A stretch of 64,000 nucleotides of DNA from Escherichia coli (GCF_011045215.1 NZ_CP049201.1), one strand, 5' to 3'. Numbered from the stretch's first letter, positions 51,178 through 64,000 are shown. A program made the numbers and translations. Notes: generated by a model from the letters alone, not told the origin.

Positions 51178-52326
51178 TTACACGTGAGCAACGGGTTTCG
51201 GAGTATGACCGGCGTTGCGAAGCAGCATCAGCAAATAGATAAACGATACGCTGGCGATCATGATAAACAATAAATTATCGGAGAAATTCTGCATTAGCAT
51301 AGCGGTAAATGACGGGCCAAGCAGACTTCCCACGGTATAGCTCAACAGTAAGGCCTGGTTCATCGCCACCAGTTGATGATGTTCAACTTTCTCGCAAGCC
51401 CAGGCCATCGCCACCGGATATAGCGTAAAGCCAGCGGCACCGAGGATGAATAACGCTGGGGCCATCGCCGCCTGGCTAAGCATCGCGATACTGCCGAGAA
51501 TGACGACAAAGACCTGAACACGCAACACCAGCAGTCGACCAAACTTATCCGCCAGACGTCCAATCGGCCATTGTCCGAGGATACCCGCACTGACCAGTAC
51601 CGCCATCCAGAAACCAATGCTGGCATTGCTCACCCCTTTGTGATTGAGGTACAGCGGCATCAGGCCATATAGAGATCCCAGCACGATTCCTGAGATAATG
51701 CAGCCATTCACGCCAAGCCGCGCCTGACGGAGTTTTAGCATTGACGTAATTGACGTCGAATCATGGTTTTCAGCCTGCTGATTCAGGACACGCGTAAACA
51801 ACAGCGGTAAGATCCCTGCCAACGTCAAACCTGTAACCCACGGCAATACGCTCATCAGCTCGGTTGAGACTTTGCTGACCAGTAACTGGCCTAAAAATGT
51901 TCCCACGTAATAAACCATCATATACGCAGCAAGCAAACGCCCACGGTTACGTGACGTCCCACTGCACATCAGCGCGCTCTCAACGACTACCCAAATCATG
52001 GCACAGCCGACGCCCGCGACAAAACGCCACGCCAACCAGCTCCAGAAACCAATCATCAGGCCAAGGCCGGCACAGCCAGCGGCAAAAATGAAGGAGGCCA
52101 GATAATAGCTGCGGTTAAAGCCAATGCGTTTAATGACATACCCTGTCAGCAATGTACCGACAAGGTTGCCGGTAAAATAGGATGAGCTGACAACGCCTAC
52201 CTGCCATGTGGACATGTGTTCCTGGGCGAGCCAAAGCGGCACGAGTGTATTTAACACCGCGATCGCCAGAGTCAACAAAAGCAGGCCAGACAGCAAAAGC
52301 ATGACAGGCCGGGTATACGTGGACAT
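51178..52326 (-). CDS. ycaD: MFS transporter YcaD, 382 aa
   Basis: ORF track 382 aa; 12-TM MFS-like hydrophobicity. Confidence 0.88.
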   Translation of the reverse strand: MSTYTRPVMLLLSGLLLLTLAIAVLNTLVPLWLAQEHMSTWQVGVVSSSYFTGNLVGTLLTGYVIKRIGFNRSYYLASFIFAAGCAGLGLMIGFWSWLAWRFVAGVGCAMIWVVVESALMCSGTSRNRGRLLAAYMMVYYVGTFLGQLLVSKVSTELMSVLPWVTGLTLAGILPLLFTRVLNQQAENHDSTSITSMLKLRQARLGVNGCIISGIVLGSLYGLMPLYLNHKGVSNASIGFWMAVLVSAGILGQWPIGRLADKFGRLLVLRVQVFVVILGSIAMLSQAAMAPALFILGAAGFTLYPVAMAWACEKVEHHQLVAMNQALLLSYTVGSLLGPSFTAMLMQNFSDNLLFIMIASVSFIYLLMLLRNAGHTPKPVAHV

Positions 52327-52640
52327 GAATTAAAACCGTGAGGAAGTTCAAATTTCATGCGCATCATGCCACCGCAAAAAACATTGTCAATGGGTGAAAA
52401 TACGCGCATATCGCAGCGGCGGTATTATCGATTTATATTACTCATTCATAACGCTAATGCTGAAGAGATGATTAATCTCATCTGATTGTTTTTATTGATC
52501 TAACACAAATTTCATACGCTTCGTTCAGTCGAAAAATTTCATGGTCACAGCAAACTCATATTTCCCGTCTATGCTTTCAGAGCAATGCATCGCGTCTGAC
52601 CGATTTCAGACGTACCACTGACTCTCGAAAGGAGAAGAGG

Positions 52641-53267
52641 ATGACCAAACCGTATGTTCGTCTTGATAAAAATGATGCTGCCGTTTTGCTTGTTGATCAC
52701 CAGGCTGGTTTACTTTCCCTTGTACGGGATATCGAACCCGATAAGTTTAAAAATAACGTGCTGGCGCTGGGTGACCTGGCTAAGTATTTCAACTTACCAA
52801 CTATTCTTACCACCAGTTTTGAAACCGGTCCTAACGGCCCATTAGTTCCAGAGCTGAAAGCACAATTCCCCGATGCACCTTACATTGCTCGCCCTGGCAA
52901 TATTAACGCCTGGGATAACGAAGATTTTGTAAAAGCAGTCAAAGCGACAGGTAAAAAACAGTTAATTATTGCCGGTGTGGTAACCGAAGTTTGCGTGGCA
53001 TTCCCGGCGCTTTCAGCCATTGAAGAAGGGTTTGATGTCTTTGTTGTGACTGACGCGTCAGGGACCTTTAATGAAATTACCCGGCATTCGGCATGGGATC
53101 GCATGTCGCAAGCAGGTGCGCAATTGATGACATGGTTCGGCGTGGCTTGCGAGCTGCACCGTGACTGGCGTAATGATATTGAAGGACTGGCGACGTTGTT
53201 CTCTAACCACATTCCTGATTATCGTAATTTGATGACCAGTTATGACACGTTAACGAAGCAGAAATAA
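52641..53267 (+). CDS. ycaC: Isochorismatase-family hydrolase YcaC, 208 aa
   Basis: ORF track 208 aa; catalytic Cys context GVVTEVCV. Confidence 0.88.
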   Translation: MTKPYVRLDKNDAAVLLVDHQAGLLSLVRDIEPDKFKNNVLALGDLAKYFNLPTILTTSFETGPNGPLVPELKAQFPDAPYIARPGNINAWDNEDFVKAVKATGKKQLIIAGVVTEVCVAFPALSAIEEGFDVFVVTDASGTFNEITRHSAWDRMSQAGAQLMTWFGVACELHRDWRNDIEGLATLFSNHIPDYRNLMTSYDTLTKQK

Positions 53268-53272
53268 AAGAG

Positions 53273-53293
53273 AACCGGGGCCGAAACCCCGGT
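53273..53293. terminator. Bidirectional terminator hairpin between convergent ycaC and dmsC
   Basis: aaccggggccgaaaccccggtt perfect palindrome in the 35-bp gap. Confidence 0.65.
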
Positions 53294-53302
53294 TGTTACT
53301 GA

Positions 53303-54166
53303 TTAGCTTGCGACGGCCATCCCCACGGTCATATGCAAACCATAGAATACGCCGCGACCGATTAATTCCCCTGCCAGAAGCAGAATGAATGAGACGGATA
53401 GTAGCGGAACCGCAGGCTGATAACCTTTTAGCTGTGGTGCAATCCACAAGCACAGGGCAACGGCCAAAAGCACGATTCGCCAGGACATCAGCGCACCATA
53501 GTCCGGCACCAGCGCTGCGGCCTGCTGCACAGAACTATGAATAGTTGCCAGCTCTGTGCCCTGCATCACTGACATCACGCCACTCACCACCAGTGCCAGT
53601 ACAGAAATGGCTGGCAGCAGACGCATCGCCCAGCCATCGACGCCAGCCAGACTCAGCAACAGGTAACCCAGTAACGGGCCGCCCATGAACATCGTCAGGA
53701 AGAAGCCCATCGGCGTCCAGATGCTGTACCAGGTCGGAACGGTATCAATGCTGTTATACACACGCACCATCATCCAGACAAAGACGACGCCAAGAACCAT
53801 CGTCACCACCAGCCATAGCGTACGCAATGCAGGTGACAGCTTTTTCAGCGTTGCCAGCAACCAGCCGATGCCGCCTACAGCAAAAAAGATCGAACCGCTG
53901 GCGATTTCGTTACTGAGTGCTGAAGCCCCTACCCGGTTGAGCGAGTTAAAGGCGCGCATCGGTGAACCAAGATGGAGCATAGAGGCGATAAAGCCAATGC
54001 CCATCAGCACCCATAAGCCAAACATGCAGGCGATAACACGCTGCTGGGCTTCTGCTCGCTGGTCGCCTTTGAGCAGCGCCAAAGCCAGAACGATAAAACC
54101 ACCCGCCACACATTGCCCGAAGACCGTGAAGATCATCAGCGGCCATTCATGCCATCCACTTCCCAT
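53303..54166 (-). CDS. dmsC: DMSO reductase membrane anchor subunit, 287 aa (start MGSGWHEW)
   Basis: ORF track frame 53303..54229; hydrophobic; overlaps dmsB stop. Confidence 0.9.
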   Translation of the reverse strand: MGSGWHEWPLMIFTVFGQCVAGGFIVLALALLKGDQRAEAQQRVIACMFGLWVLMGIGFIASMLHLGSPMRAFNSLNRVGASALSNEIASGSIFFAVGGIGWLLATLKKLSPALRTLWLVVTMVLGVVFVWMMVRVYNSIDTVPTWYSIWTPMGFFLTMFMGGPLLGYLLLSLAGVDGWAMRLLPAISVLALVVSGVMSVMQGTELATIHSSVQQAAALVPDYGALMSWRIVLLAVALCLWIAPQLKGYQPAVPLLSVSFILLLAGELIGRGVFYGLHMTVGMAVAS

Positions 54167-54167
54167 C

Positions 54168-54785
54168 TCACACCTCATTCGGGTTTGCCAGATAGCCAGT
54201 GGTATCCCCGGTCGGGCGGCTATTGGCATTGGGTTTGATCACAATATTCGGTTTGGTAAAGTGAGCTCGCGGCAACGGCGCAACGGCCGCCAGATCGCCA
54301 TGTTTTTTACGCAGCTCGTCGATAGGGCCGAAATCCAGCGCCCGCAGCGGACAAGATTCAACACAGATCGGCTTTTTACCCTCCGCAACACGGTCATAAC
54401 AACCATCGCATTTGGTCATATGGCCTTTCGTTTCGTTATATTGCGGTGCGCCATACGGGCAAGCCATATGGCAGTAGCGGCAGCCAATGCACACATCCTC
54501 ATCGACCACAACAAAACCATCTTCACGTTTATGCATCGCACCGCTCGGGCAGACTTTAGTACAAGCCGGATCTTCGCAGTGGTTGCACGAAATCGACAGA
54601 TAGTAGGCAAACACGTTCTGGTGCCAGACACCGTTATCTTCCTGCCAGTCGCCACCAGCATATTCATAAATGCGGCGGAAGCTGACTTCTGGCGTCAAAT
54701 CTTTGTAGTCTTTACAAGCCAGCTCGCAGGTTTTGCAACCGGTGCAACGGCTGGAATCAATAAAAAATCCATACTGGGTTGTCAT
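54168..54785 (-). CDS. dmsB: DMSO reductase iron-sulfur subunit, 205 aa
   Basis: ORF track 205 aa; four ferredoxin-type Cys clusters (CTGCKTCELAC, CNHCEDPAC, CIGCRYCHMAC, CDGCYDRV). Confidence 0.96.
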   Translation of the reverse strand: MTTQYGFFIDSSRCTGCKTCELACKDYKDLTPEVSFRRIYEYAGGDWQEDNGVWHQNVFAYYLSISCNHCEDPACTKVCPSGAMHKREDGFVVVDEDVCIGCRYCHMACPYGAPQYNETKGHMTKCDGCYDRVAEGKKPICVESCPLRALDFGPIDELRKKHGDLAAVAPLPRAHFTKPNIVIKPNANSRPTGDTTGYLANPNEV

Positions 54786-54795
54786 CGGTTACTCC

Positions 54796-57240
54796 TTACA
54801 CCTTTTCAACCTGAACAAGGTTTGTATGTGACGGATTCCCCTTAGCGAGAGGAGACGGACGTTGAGTGGTCAGTACGTTAATACAACCACCCTTATCGAC
54901 ACGTTTTGCATCCGGGTCATACCAGGCACCTTCACCCAGTGCGACCACACCCGGCATCATTCGTGGCGTCACTTTCGCCTCAATATGAACCTCACCACGA
55001 TCGTTAAAGATCCTGACTTTATCGCCGTTGTGGATACCGCGTTTTTGGGCATCAAGCGGGTTGATCCACATTTCCTGACGGCAAGCCGCTTTCAGCACAT
55101 CAACGTTGCCGTAAGTTGAGTGAACGCGAGATTTATAGTGGAAACCTGTAAGCTGCAGCGGATACTGTTTGTTCAGCGGATCCTGATAACTTTCAAAGCC
55201 CGGCGTGTAGATCGGCAGTGGATCGATCACATCGCCTTCTGGCAATTCCCAGGTAGCGGCAATGTCAGCCAGCGCCTGCGAATAAATCTCAATTTTGCCC
55301 GATGGCGTAGTCAGTGGGTTTGCCTGCGGATCTTCACGGAAGGCTTTATAAGCAACGTGATGCCCTTGTGGGTCGCGCTTTTTAAAGATCCCCTGCTTGC
55401 GGAACTCTTCAAACGTTGGCAGTTCAGGAATCGCTTCCCGCGACTGGGCATACAGATGCCGCATCCACTCTTCCTGGGTACGGCCTTCAGTAAACTGTTG
55501 CTCAACGCCAAGACGTTTTGCCAGTTCGCTGGTCATTTCATAGATGGTCTTACATTCAAAGCGCGGTTTAATCACCTGATCGTTGAAAATCACGTAAGAC
55601 ATATTCCCGCAGGATGCATCCAGTGCAAAGTCCATCTGTTCGGAAGCGGTACAGTCAGGCAGCAGGATGTCAGCATATTTCGCCGATGAAGTCATGTGGC
55701 AGTCGATAACCACAATCAGCTCGCACTTCTTATCATCCTGGAGGATTTCATGGGTACGGTTGATTTCAGAATGCTGGTTAATCAGGCAGTTACCGGCATA
55801 GTTCCAGATCATTTTGATCGGCACATCCAGCTTATCTTTCCCGCGCACACCATCACGCAGCGCCGTCATTTCCGGGCCACGTTCAATGGCATCGGTCCAC
55901 ATAAACATAGAAATGCTGGTCTGGATCGGGTTTTCCAGAGTCGGCATACGGACAAACGGTAAGCTGTATGAACCTTCACGCGCGCCGCTGTTCCCTCCAT
56001 TAATACCAACGTTACCGGTCAGAATCGCCAGCATCGAGATAGCACGGGTTGCGATTTCACCGTTAGCGTGACGCTGCGGGCCCCATCCCTGGCTGATAAA
56101 CGCCGGTTTGGTACTGCCGATTTCACGAGCCAGTTTGATGATTTTGTCTGCCGGAACACCGGTGATTTGCGAGGCCCATTCCGGTGTTTTAGCCACGCCA
56201 TCTGGCCCTTCACCCAGAATATAAGCTTTATAGTGGCCATTTTTCGGCGCACTGGCTGGCAGGGTTTTCTCGTCATAGCCAACGCAATATTTATCGAGGA
56301 ATGCCTGATCCACCAGGTTTTCGGTGATCATGACATACGCCAGACCGTTAACCAGTGCGGCATCTGTTCCTGGACGAATAGGGATCCACTCATCTTCGCG
56401 CCCGGCACCGGTGTCGGTATAGCGCGGATCGATGATGATCATGCGGGCATTAGATTTCTGACGCGCCTGTTCAAGATAGTAAGTCACCCCACCGCCACTC
56501 ATTCGCGTTTCGCCAGGGTTATTACCAAACAGCACTACCAGCTTACTGTTTTCGATATCCGACGGGCTGTTGCCATCTGCCCAGCCGCCCTAGGTATAGT
56601 TCAGACCTTCCGCAATTTGCGCGGAAGAGTAGTCACCGTAATGGTTCAGATAACCGCCGCAGCAGTTCATCAGCCGCGCGACCAGGGTATTTCCCGGCGG
56701 CCAGGAGCGGGTCATGGTGCCACCCAGCGTACCGGTGCCATAGTTAAGATAGATGGATTCGTTGCCGTACTCTTTGATCAGGCGCTGCATATTGGTCGCG
56801 ATGATGTCGTAGGCTTCTTCCCAGCTAATGCGCTCGAATTTGCCTTCACCGCGCGCCCCGACTCGTTTCATCGGATATTTCAGGCGGTCCGGATTATAGA
56901 CACGGCGACGCATGGAACGCCCACGCAAACAGGCGCGAACCTGGTGCAGGCCGTCGTAATTGTCATCGCCGGTATTGTCCGTTTCGACATATTTGATTTC
57001 ACCGTCCACGACGTGCATACGTAGCGGGCAGCGACTACCACAGTTAACTGTACAGGCGCTCCAGATAACCTTTTCGTCTGATTTTGTTGGAATGGCGCTA
57101 TCGACAGCGTGCGCAATCCGACTAAAAGGTAATGTTAATGCGCTGCTGGCCATTGCCAGGCCGCCGATCGCTGTCGTTTTTACCAAACCACGGCGACTCA
57201 CCTCAGCAGCCAATACCGCATCAGGGATTTTCGTTTTCAT
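54796..57240 (-). pseudogene. dmsA: DMSO reductase catalytic subunit dmsA interrupted by an in-frame TAG (amber) at 56590-56592
   Basis: Two same-frame ORFs (56590..57240, 216 aa with Tat signal SRRGLVKTTAIGGLAMA; 54796..56535, 579 aa) are separated only by a TAG; hand translation gives ...AEGLNYT*GGWADGNSPSDIENSKLVVLFGNNPGE, which is continuous DmsA sequence with a stop where Tyr is expected. Confidence 0.75.
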
Positions 57241-57410
57241 AATGGCTCACTCAAGCTTGCTCACGATTGATTCCAGTAACAAACCGTATTGTGTAATTAT
57301 TTCTATAGCAGATCGCTATATAGGCTTGTATACATCGAATAATTTGAAAATCAAAGAGATAGGTAGATTTTCACTCGAAAGTAGTATTACGTGTAAGTGA
57401 GGAGTAATTA

Positions 57411-57424
57411 TTGTTCGGTATCAA
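57411..57424 (-). promoter_or_regulatory. FNR site TTGATACCGAACAA in dmsA promoter
   Basis: Minus-strand reading of ttgttcggtatcaa gives TTGAT-ACCG-AACAA; about 170 bp upstream of dmsA start codon. Confidence 0.65.
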
Positions 57425-57436
57425 AGGGAGACAAAA

Positions 57437-57458
57437 AAAGCGCCCGCAGGCGCTTTTT
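57437..57458 (-). terminator. Rho-independent (bidirectional-looking) terminator after serS
   Basis: aagcgcccgcaggcgctt hairpin flanked by A-run and T-run. Confidence 0.85.
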
Positions 57459-57478
57459 AGATTCAGAAAAATTAGGTA

Positions 57479-58792
<1,314 letters not shown>

Positions 58793-58861
58793 TTAAATGG
58801 GAGATGTGGCCACAGCCTGCGACCACAGGGATACAGTAACAACATTACCGCAACGATAACA

Positions 58862-60205
58862 TTAACGGTAGCGTTTTATGGGGCTATTTTGATCCTGTTC
58901 AGCCAGCCAGGCGAGCTTTTCGCCAATCTTGCCTTCAAGGCCCCTGTTTGACGGGAAATAATAGCGTGTTTGTGCTATTTCCGGCGGGAAGTAAACCTCA
59001 CCGGCAGCATAAGCGTTTGCTTCATCATGAGCGTAACGATATTCCTGCCCATAGCCCATTTCCTTCATTAATTTCGTCGGCGCATTACGCAAATGAACCG
59101 GTACGTCATAATCCGGACGTTCGCGAGCATCGGCCAACGCGGCTTTAAACGCAGTGTAGACAGCGTTACTTTTTGGCGCGCAGGCCAGGTAAACAATCGC
59201 CTGAGCAATGGCGCGTTCACCTTCCGCCGGGCCAACGCGAGTAAAGCAATCCCAGGCTGCAATTGCCACCTGCATCGCTCGTGGATCAGCATTACCCACA
59301 TCTTCAGACGCAATCGCCAGACAGCGACGCGCAACATATAACGGATCGCCACCGGCAGTAATAATTCGCGCATACCAGTACAGCGCCGCATCGGGTGCGC
59401 TACCACGTACCGATTTATGCAGTGCGGAAATGAGATCGTAAAAGCGATCACCTTTGTTATCAAAGCGGGCACTACGTTCACCTGCGATTTCGGTCAGTAA
59501 TTCAGGCTTCAGGACCCGCTTACCGCTATCATCGACTTCGGCCATATCCGCCATCATTTCCAGCGTATTTAACGCCCGGCGCGCGTCGCCATTCACCAGT
59601 TCAGCAATGGCGCGTCGTGTTTCATCTGGCAGAACAATATCCTGACCACCATAGCCACGGGTTTTGTCTTCCATCGCCTGAGTTAGTACTTGCTGAATAT
59701 CCTCTGTACTCAGGGATTTCAACAGATAGACACGGGCACGGGAAAGCAGTGCCGAATTAAGCTCAAACGACGGGTTTTCAGTGGTTGCGCCAATAAAAGT
59801 GATGGTGCCGTCTTCAATATGTGGCAGAAATGCATCCTGCTGGCTTTTGTTGAAACGGTGAACTTCGTCAACAAAAAGAATAGTGCGGCGACCTGCATTG
59901 CGGTTTTGCCGGGCGCGCTCGATCGCCTCGCGAATCTCTTTCACGCCAGAGGTGACGGCAGAAATACGTTCCACATCAGCGTTCGCATAGCGGGCAATCA
60001 CTTCAGCGAGGGTTGTTTTGCCGGTACCCGGTGGCCCCCAGAGGATCATAGAATGTAAATGCCCGGCTTCGATAGCGCGCGGCAACGGCTTCCCCGCAGC
60101 CAGCAAATGTTGCTGGCCGATATACTGTGCTAAATTTTCTGGCCGCATACGCGCGGCCAGAGGTTGAAAAGTATTATCCGAAAAATCGAGCGACAGATTG
60201 CTCAC
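58862..60205 (-). CDS. rarA: Replication-associated recombination protein A (AAA+ ATPase, MgsA/YcaJ), 447 aa
   Basis: ORF track 447 aa; Walker [12 protein letters not shown]. Confidence 0.95.
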   Translation of the reverse strand: MSNLSLDFSDNTFQPLAARMRPENLAQYIGQQHLLAAGKPLPRAIEAGHLHSMILWGPPGTGKTTLAEVIARYANADVERISAVTSGVKEIREAIERARQNRNAGRRTILFVDEVHRFNKSQQDAFLPHIEDGTITFIGATTENPSFELNSALLSRARVYLLKSLSTEDIQQVLTQAMEDKTRGYGGQDIVLPDETRRAIAELVNGDARRALNTLEMMADMAEVDDSGKRVLKPELLTEIAGERSARFDNKGDRFYDLISALHKSVRGSAPDAALYWYARIITAGGDPLYVARRCLAIASEDVGNADPRAMQVAIAAWDCFTRVGPAEGERAIAQAIVYLACAPKSNAVYTAFKAALADARERPDYDVPVHLRNAPTKLMKEMGYGQEYRYAHDEANAYAAGEVYFPPEIAQTRYYFPSNRGLEGKIGEKLAWLAEQDQNSPIKRYR

Positions 60206-60215
60206 TCAGGTGCCT

Positions 60216-60827
60216 CTACTTACGTTGATCATCTACCGTGACGCCTTGCGGCGGGGTGAAGGTAAATTTCGCTGCATCCACAGCCCCATTTTGCTGGGAT
60301 TTCAGTTGATAACTGCTGCGCTGATCGTCCTGCTCCACCGCGCTAAACTGATGGATTGTGCCATCACGTCCCACGTTAATGGTGAACTGCTTCAGATTGC
60401 CATTGCTGGCTTTCGGCGTCAGGACAAAGTCATCGCCATTCTGTTTGATATTGTACTGCTGCCAGTCGCTGGACTGGTTGCGGGCAATCAGCATAAACGG
60501 CGTATTACCGGTGGCATCTTTCAGCCAGGTTGCCGTAGCTTGCTCAACGAACGGGTTATAGAACCACAGTGTTTTACCGTCAGAAACCAGAATGCTTTCA
60601 TCAGGTTGTGTCATATGCCAGTTGAATAAGTTTGGACGTTTCACCCACAGATCGCCCTGACCTTCCTGCACCGCCGCGCCGCTACCATCAGTCACTTTTT
60701 GTGTGAAGCTGGCGTGGAAGCTGCTGACTTTATCCAGGCGGCTTTTCAGATCGCTTGCGGCATCAGCCCAAACGCTGCTTGCTACTAAGCTTGAGAGTAA
60801 TGCACAGGTGATGGCAATTTTTTTCAT
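60216..60827 (-). CDS. lolA: Periplasmic lipoprotein carrier LolA, 203 aa
   Basis: ORF track frame 60216..60830; signal peptide [21 protein letters not shown]. Confidence 0.95.
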
Positions 60828-60939
60828 CATTATTCCTCAAATTACGTCACTCCCGATCGGGAGTTCCCTCTACTCTCTATTCCAGGCTAATAATCAGCTT
60901 GAGGAAAGAAGAAAATACTGAATTTTCAGTTGATAGAGT

Positions 60940-60972
60940 GCCGGATGCGACGCTACCGCGCCTTATCCGGCA
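60940..60972. repeat. REP-like palindrome between lolA and ftsK
   Basis: gccggatgcgacgctaccgcgccttatccggca. Confidence 0.6.
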
Positions 60973-60981
60973 ATGCATTAA

Positions 60982-63900
60982 TTAGTCAAACGGCGGTGGG
61001 GCCAGCACTTCACGATTACCGTTGTGCCCCTGTTCGCTGACAATCCCCTGCGCTTCCATCTGTTCGATAATACGCGCTGCACGGTTATAACCAATGCGGA
61101 ACTGACGCTGTACGCCAGAAATTGACGCTTTGCGTTTTTCAGTGACAAACTGCACCGCCTGATCGAACAACGGATCCAGTTCTTCAGCGCCATCGAAACC
61201 GCCCGCGCCACCTTCGCTTTCACTGTCGGAAGTGATGCCATCAACATACTGTGGGCGACCACGCGCTTTCCAGTCCTGCACCACGGCATGAACTTCCTGA
61301 TCGCGAACAAAAGCACCATGGACACGTACCGGCAACGTGGAGTTCGGCCCAGAGTAGAGCATATCCCCCATACCCAGCAGTGATTCCGCGCCAGCCTGAT
61401 CAAGAATGGTACGTGAGTCAATCTTACTGGATACGGTAAAGGCGATACGGGTCGGAATATTCGCTTTAATCAGACCAGTAATAACATCAACCGATGGACG
61501 CTGAGTTGCCAGTACGAGGTGGATACCCGCGGCACGGGCTTTTTGCGCCAGACGTGCTATCAGCTCTTCCACTTTTTTACCTACCGTCATCATCAGGTCG
61601 GCAAATTCGTCAACCAACACCACAATGTATGGTTCTTTTTTCAGCACCGGATGCTGGGCATCCATACTGTCACCCGGCTTCCAGTACGGGTCTGGAATCG
61701 GACGCATCATGCGATCGGCTTCAGCAATTTTTTCGTTATAACCCGCCAGATTACGCACACCCAGCGCAGACATCAGTTTATACCGACGCTCCATCTCGTT
61801 AACACACCAGCGCAGCGCGTTGGCGGCATCTTTCATATCAGTAACGACTTCCGTTAACAGATGCGGAATGCCTTCATAAACCGAAAGCTCCAGCATTTTC
61901 GGGTCGATCATGATGAAACGCACATCTTCTGGCTGTGCTTTATAAAGCATGCTCAGGATCATCGCGTTCACACCGACAGATTTACCGGAACCGGTAGTCC
62001 CCGCAACCAACAAGTGCGGCATTTTCGCCAGATCGGCAACCACCGGCTCACCGGCGATATCTTTACCCAGCACCACGGTTAATGGCGACGGATTATCGCG
62101 GAATTTGGCGTTATCCAAAACTTCGCGCAGATAAACGGTTTGTCGTTTTTTATTCGGTAACTCCAGACCTACATAGGGTTTGCCAGGAATAACTTCAACG
62201 ACACGCACCGCCACCGTCGAAAGTGAACGGGCAAGGTCCCGTGACAAGTTAGAAATGCGCGCCGCTTTTACGCCCGGTGCCAGGTTCAATTCAAAGCGAG
62301 TGATAACCGGCCCCGGAGAGTAATTGACGACATCGGCTTTAATACGGAAATCAGCCAGACGCGCTTCCACCAGGCGAGCCATTTGTTCAAGCGCAAAGGT
62401 ATCTACCGGCTCCACTTCGCTCGGCGGCGGTGTCAGCAAATCCAGAGAAGGCAGCGGCGTCGTCGGTTTATGCAACGGACGGCTGTCGCCATTACGCATC
62501 AACAGCGGATGAAGCAGGGTATCCTGCTGCTGCGGTGCAACCGGTTGTTGCGGCTGCTGTACAGGTTCAACAATTGGCGTAAACAACGGTTCGTGTGGAC
62601 CATCATCCAGCAACGCTTTCATTGGCGAAAATTCAAAATCATCCAGCGAGAACGGATTCGCCCCAGCCGGTTGTTCGCCGGAATAACGTTGTTGTTGAGT
62701 TTGCGCAAACTGACGAGCCAGTTCAGCCTCTGCCGCAGCATCTGCATCTTCTGCGTTTACGGGCACATCATGTTGATACTGTTCGCCATAGCGTTGCTGC
62801 TGTGTCTGGGCGAACTGACGTGCCAGTTCATCCTGCTGCATCGCATCGATTTCATCATCGTTGTACTGATCGCCAGAATCGTACTGATTGCGCTGGGCTT
62901 CACGGGCTTTTTCTTCCGCCGCACGCTGTGAGGGCAGCTTAATACCGTAAGACGCCAGTTCACGACGAGTTGGCACGCGGATACGTTTCGGTCGTGGCAA
63001 CTGCGGGCCAATCCCCTCTTTGACCTGCGGACGCGGTCCACCGCTATTTGCCAGACTGAAGACTGGCGCGGCAACGGTTGCGGCAGCCCCCGTCGCCAGT
63101 GTCGCTTTTTTCACGCCAGATGCCAGCGGAGAAACAGCGGCAGCGGTTTCTACTGGAGGTACTGCTGCAACAGAAAGTGCTTTCAGCGAAGATTTGATCG
63201 GTTCTGGTTCTTTAACCGGTTCTGGAATCGGTTGATACCAGGCCGCAAGTTGTTCACGTTCACGGGCTCGCTTCTCTTCCACTTCTTCAAAGTAGTAAAG
63301 CGGCGGACGCGCGGGTTTTGTCTCTTCTACAACGGGTTCAGGCTCCACAACAGGCTGCTGTTCAACAGGTTGCGGCTGTTGGTACAACGGCTCCTGAGCG
63401 GCTGGCTGCTGATAAGTTTGCTCAGTCTGGTATGTAGACTGTGGAGCAAAAGTGGATTGCTGCTCTTCGGCTTGCCAGGCGTTACCTGCCACCGGTTGTT
63501 CTGGCGCAGGGGCATAATACGGCTGTTGCGCAGGCTGTTCCGGCGCAGTTGCGTAATACGGTTGCTGAACAGGTTGTTCCGCCGCAGGAGCGTAGTAAGG
63601 TTGTTGCGCAGGTTGTTCAGCTGCAGGTGCATAATACGGCTGCTGCGGCTGTACTGGTTGTTGCAGCGGCTCATTATATTGCACTGCAGGCTGCGCATAT
63701 TGTGACTGCTGTGGGTAACCTTCCGGTGCAGGAGCAATAACCGGCTCTCCCGTTTGTGGACCCGGTACAGGCTGCCAGGCTACTGTAGGTTGCGAAGGTG
63801 GAACATCAACAGAGGCAACAGGCGGCGTCTGAGTCACAGGTTCAACCGGCGCAGCCCAGCTTTGTGTCGCCGTGGTAGCAGCAGCTGCCACAGCGACAGG

Positions 63901-64000
63901 TTCGGTAATTGGCGCACCGTTTAATAATGGATCGTATTCGTCATATTCTGGCTGCGTTGCACGATTGCCCGAAAATAGGACGTCGTCCGGGTCGGCAGCC
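60982..64000 (-). CDS. ftsK: DNA translocase FtsK, C-terminal ~1005 aa (N-terminal membrane domain lies beyond the window)
   Basis: Minus-strand frame open from 60982 to the window edge (I checked there is no stop between 63891 and 63999); Walker A GTTGSGKS and Pro/Gln-rich linker present. Confidence 0.95.
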   Translation of the reverse strand, partial: AADPDDVLFSGNRATQPEYDEYDPLLNGAPITEPVAVAAAATTATQSWAAPVEPVTQTPPVASVDVPPSQPTVAWQPVPGPQTGEPVIAPAPEGYPQQSQYAQPAVQYNEPLQQPVQPQQPYYAPAAEQPAQQPYYAPAAEQPVQQPYYATAPEQPAQQPYYAPAPEQPVAGNAWQAEEQQSTFAPQSTYQTEQTYQQPAAQEPLYQQPQPVEQQPVVEPEPVVEETKPARPPLYYFEEVEEKRAREREQLAAWYQPIPEPVKEPEPIKSSLKALSVAAVPPVETAAAVSPLASGVKKATLATGAAATVAAPVFSLANSGGPRPQVKEGIGPQLPRPKRIRVPTRRELASYGIKLPSQRAAEEKAREAQRNQYDSGDQYNDDEIDAMQQDELARQFAQTQQQRYGEQYQHDVPVNAEDADAAAEAELARQFAQTQQQRYSGEQPAGANPFSLDDFEFSPMKALLDDGPHEPLFTPIVEPVQQPQQPVAPQQQDTLLHPLLMRNGDSRPLHKPTTPLPSLDLLTPPPSEVEPVDTFALEQMARLVEARLADFRIKADVVNYSPGPVITRFELNLAPGVKAARISNLSRDLARSLSTVAVRVVEVIPGKPYVGLELPNKKRQTVYLREVLDNAKFRDNPSPLTVVLGKDIAGEPVVADLAKMPHLLVAGTTGSGKSVGVNAMILSMLYKAQPEDVRFIMIDPKMLELSVYEGIPHLLTEVVTDMKDAANALRWCVNEMERRYKLMSALGVRNLAGYNEKIAEADRMMRPIPDPYWKPGDSMDAQHPVLKKEPYIVVLVDEFADLMMTVGKKVEELIARLAQKARAAGIHLVLATQRPSVDVITGLIKANIPTRIAFTVSSKIDSRTILDQAGAESLLGMGDMLYSGPNSTLPVRVHGAFVRDQEVHAVVQDWKARGRPQYVDGITSDSESEGGAGGFDGAEELDPLFDQAVQFVTEKRKASISGVQRQFRIGYNRAARIIEQMEAQGIVSEQGHNGNREVLAPPPFD
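63490..63645 (-). repeat. Four imperfect 39-bp tandem repeats encoding [13 protein letters not shown] in the FtsK linker
   Basis: Translation [13 protein letters not shown] / [13 protein letters not shown] / [13 protein letters not shown] / [13 protein letters not shown]; both DNA strands are open in several frames here. Confidence 0.8.

Noticed and set aside
53685-54845. 386-aa plus-strand ORF spanning dmsC and dmsB antisense
   Set aside because: Crosses a gene boundary on the opposite strand; no domain-like features; the dmsB Cys-cluster frame is unambiguous.
56068-57024. 318-aa plus-strand ORF antisense to dmsA, spanning the TAG site
   Set aside because: Considered whether the dmsA interruption reflected a real gene on the other strand; the DmsA frame is continuous on both sides of the stop, so a point nonsense change is the simpler explanation.

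Overview
This window is a 64-kb stretch of Escherichia coli core chromosome (K-12-like, the 20-21 min region, read as the reverse complement of the usual MG1655 orientation). Gene order, orientation and protein lengths match what I recall for: elfC (partial), elfD, elfA, ssuEADCB, pepN, pncB, asnS, ompF, aspC, ycbL, mepK (ycbK), ldtD (ycbB), mukB-mukE-mukF-smtA, elyC, ycbJ, kdsB-ycaR, ycaQ, lpxK-msbA, ycaI, ihfB, rpsA, cmk, loiP (ycaL), aroA-serC, ycaP, ycaO, focA-pflB, pflA, ycaM, ycaD, ycaC, dmsCBA, serS, rarA, lolA and ftsK (partial). I found no IS element, prophage, integrase, CRISPR array, or tRNA/rRNA gene. I see no evidence of a novel system; this is an ordinary, well-studied region. 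Two things depart from the K-12 reference as I remember it: (1) dmsA carries an in-frame TAG at 56590-56592 where DmsA normally has a Tyr, splitting the gene into 216-aa and 579-aa ORFs; (2) ycaN and ycaK, which I expect between pflA and ycaM, are absent and only about 210 bp separates those genes. Other points worth a second look are the tandem 39-bp repeats in the ftsK linker, the standalone ycaO, the ldtD-mepK pair, and recognisable FNR, NadR and OmpR operators. All homology statements are from memory of protein families and translated motifs; no database search was run.
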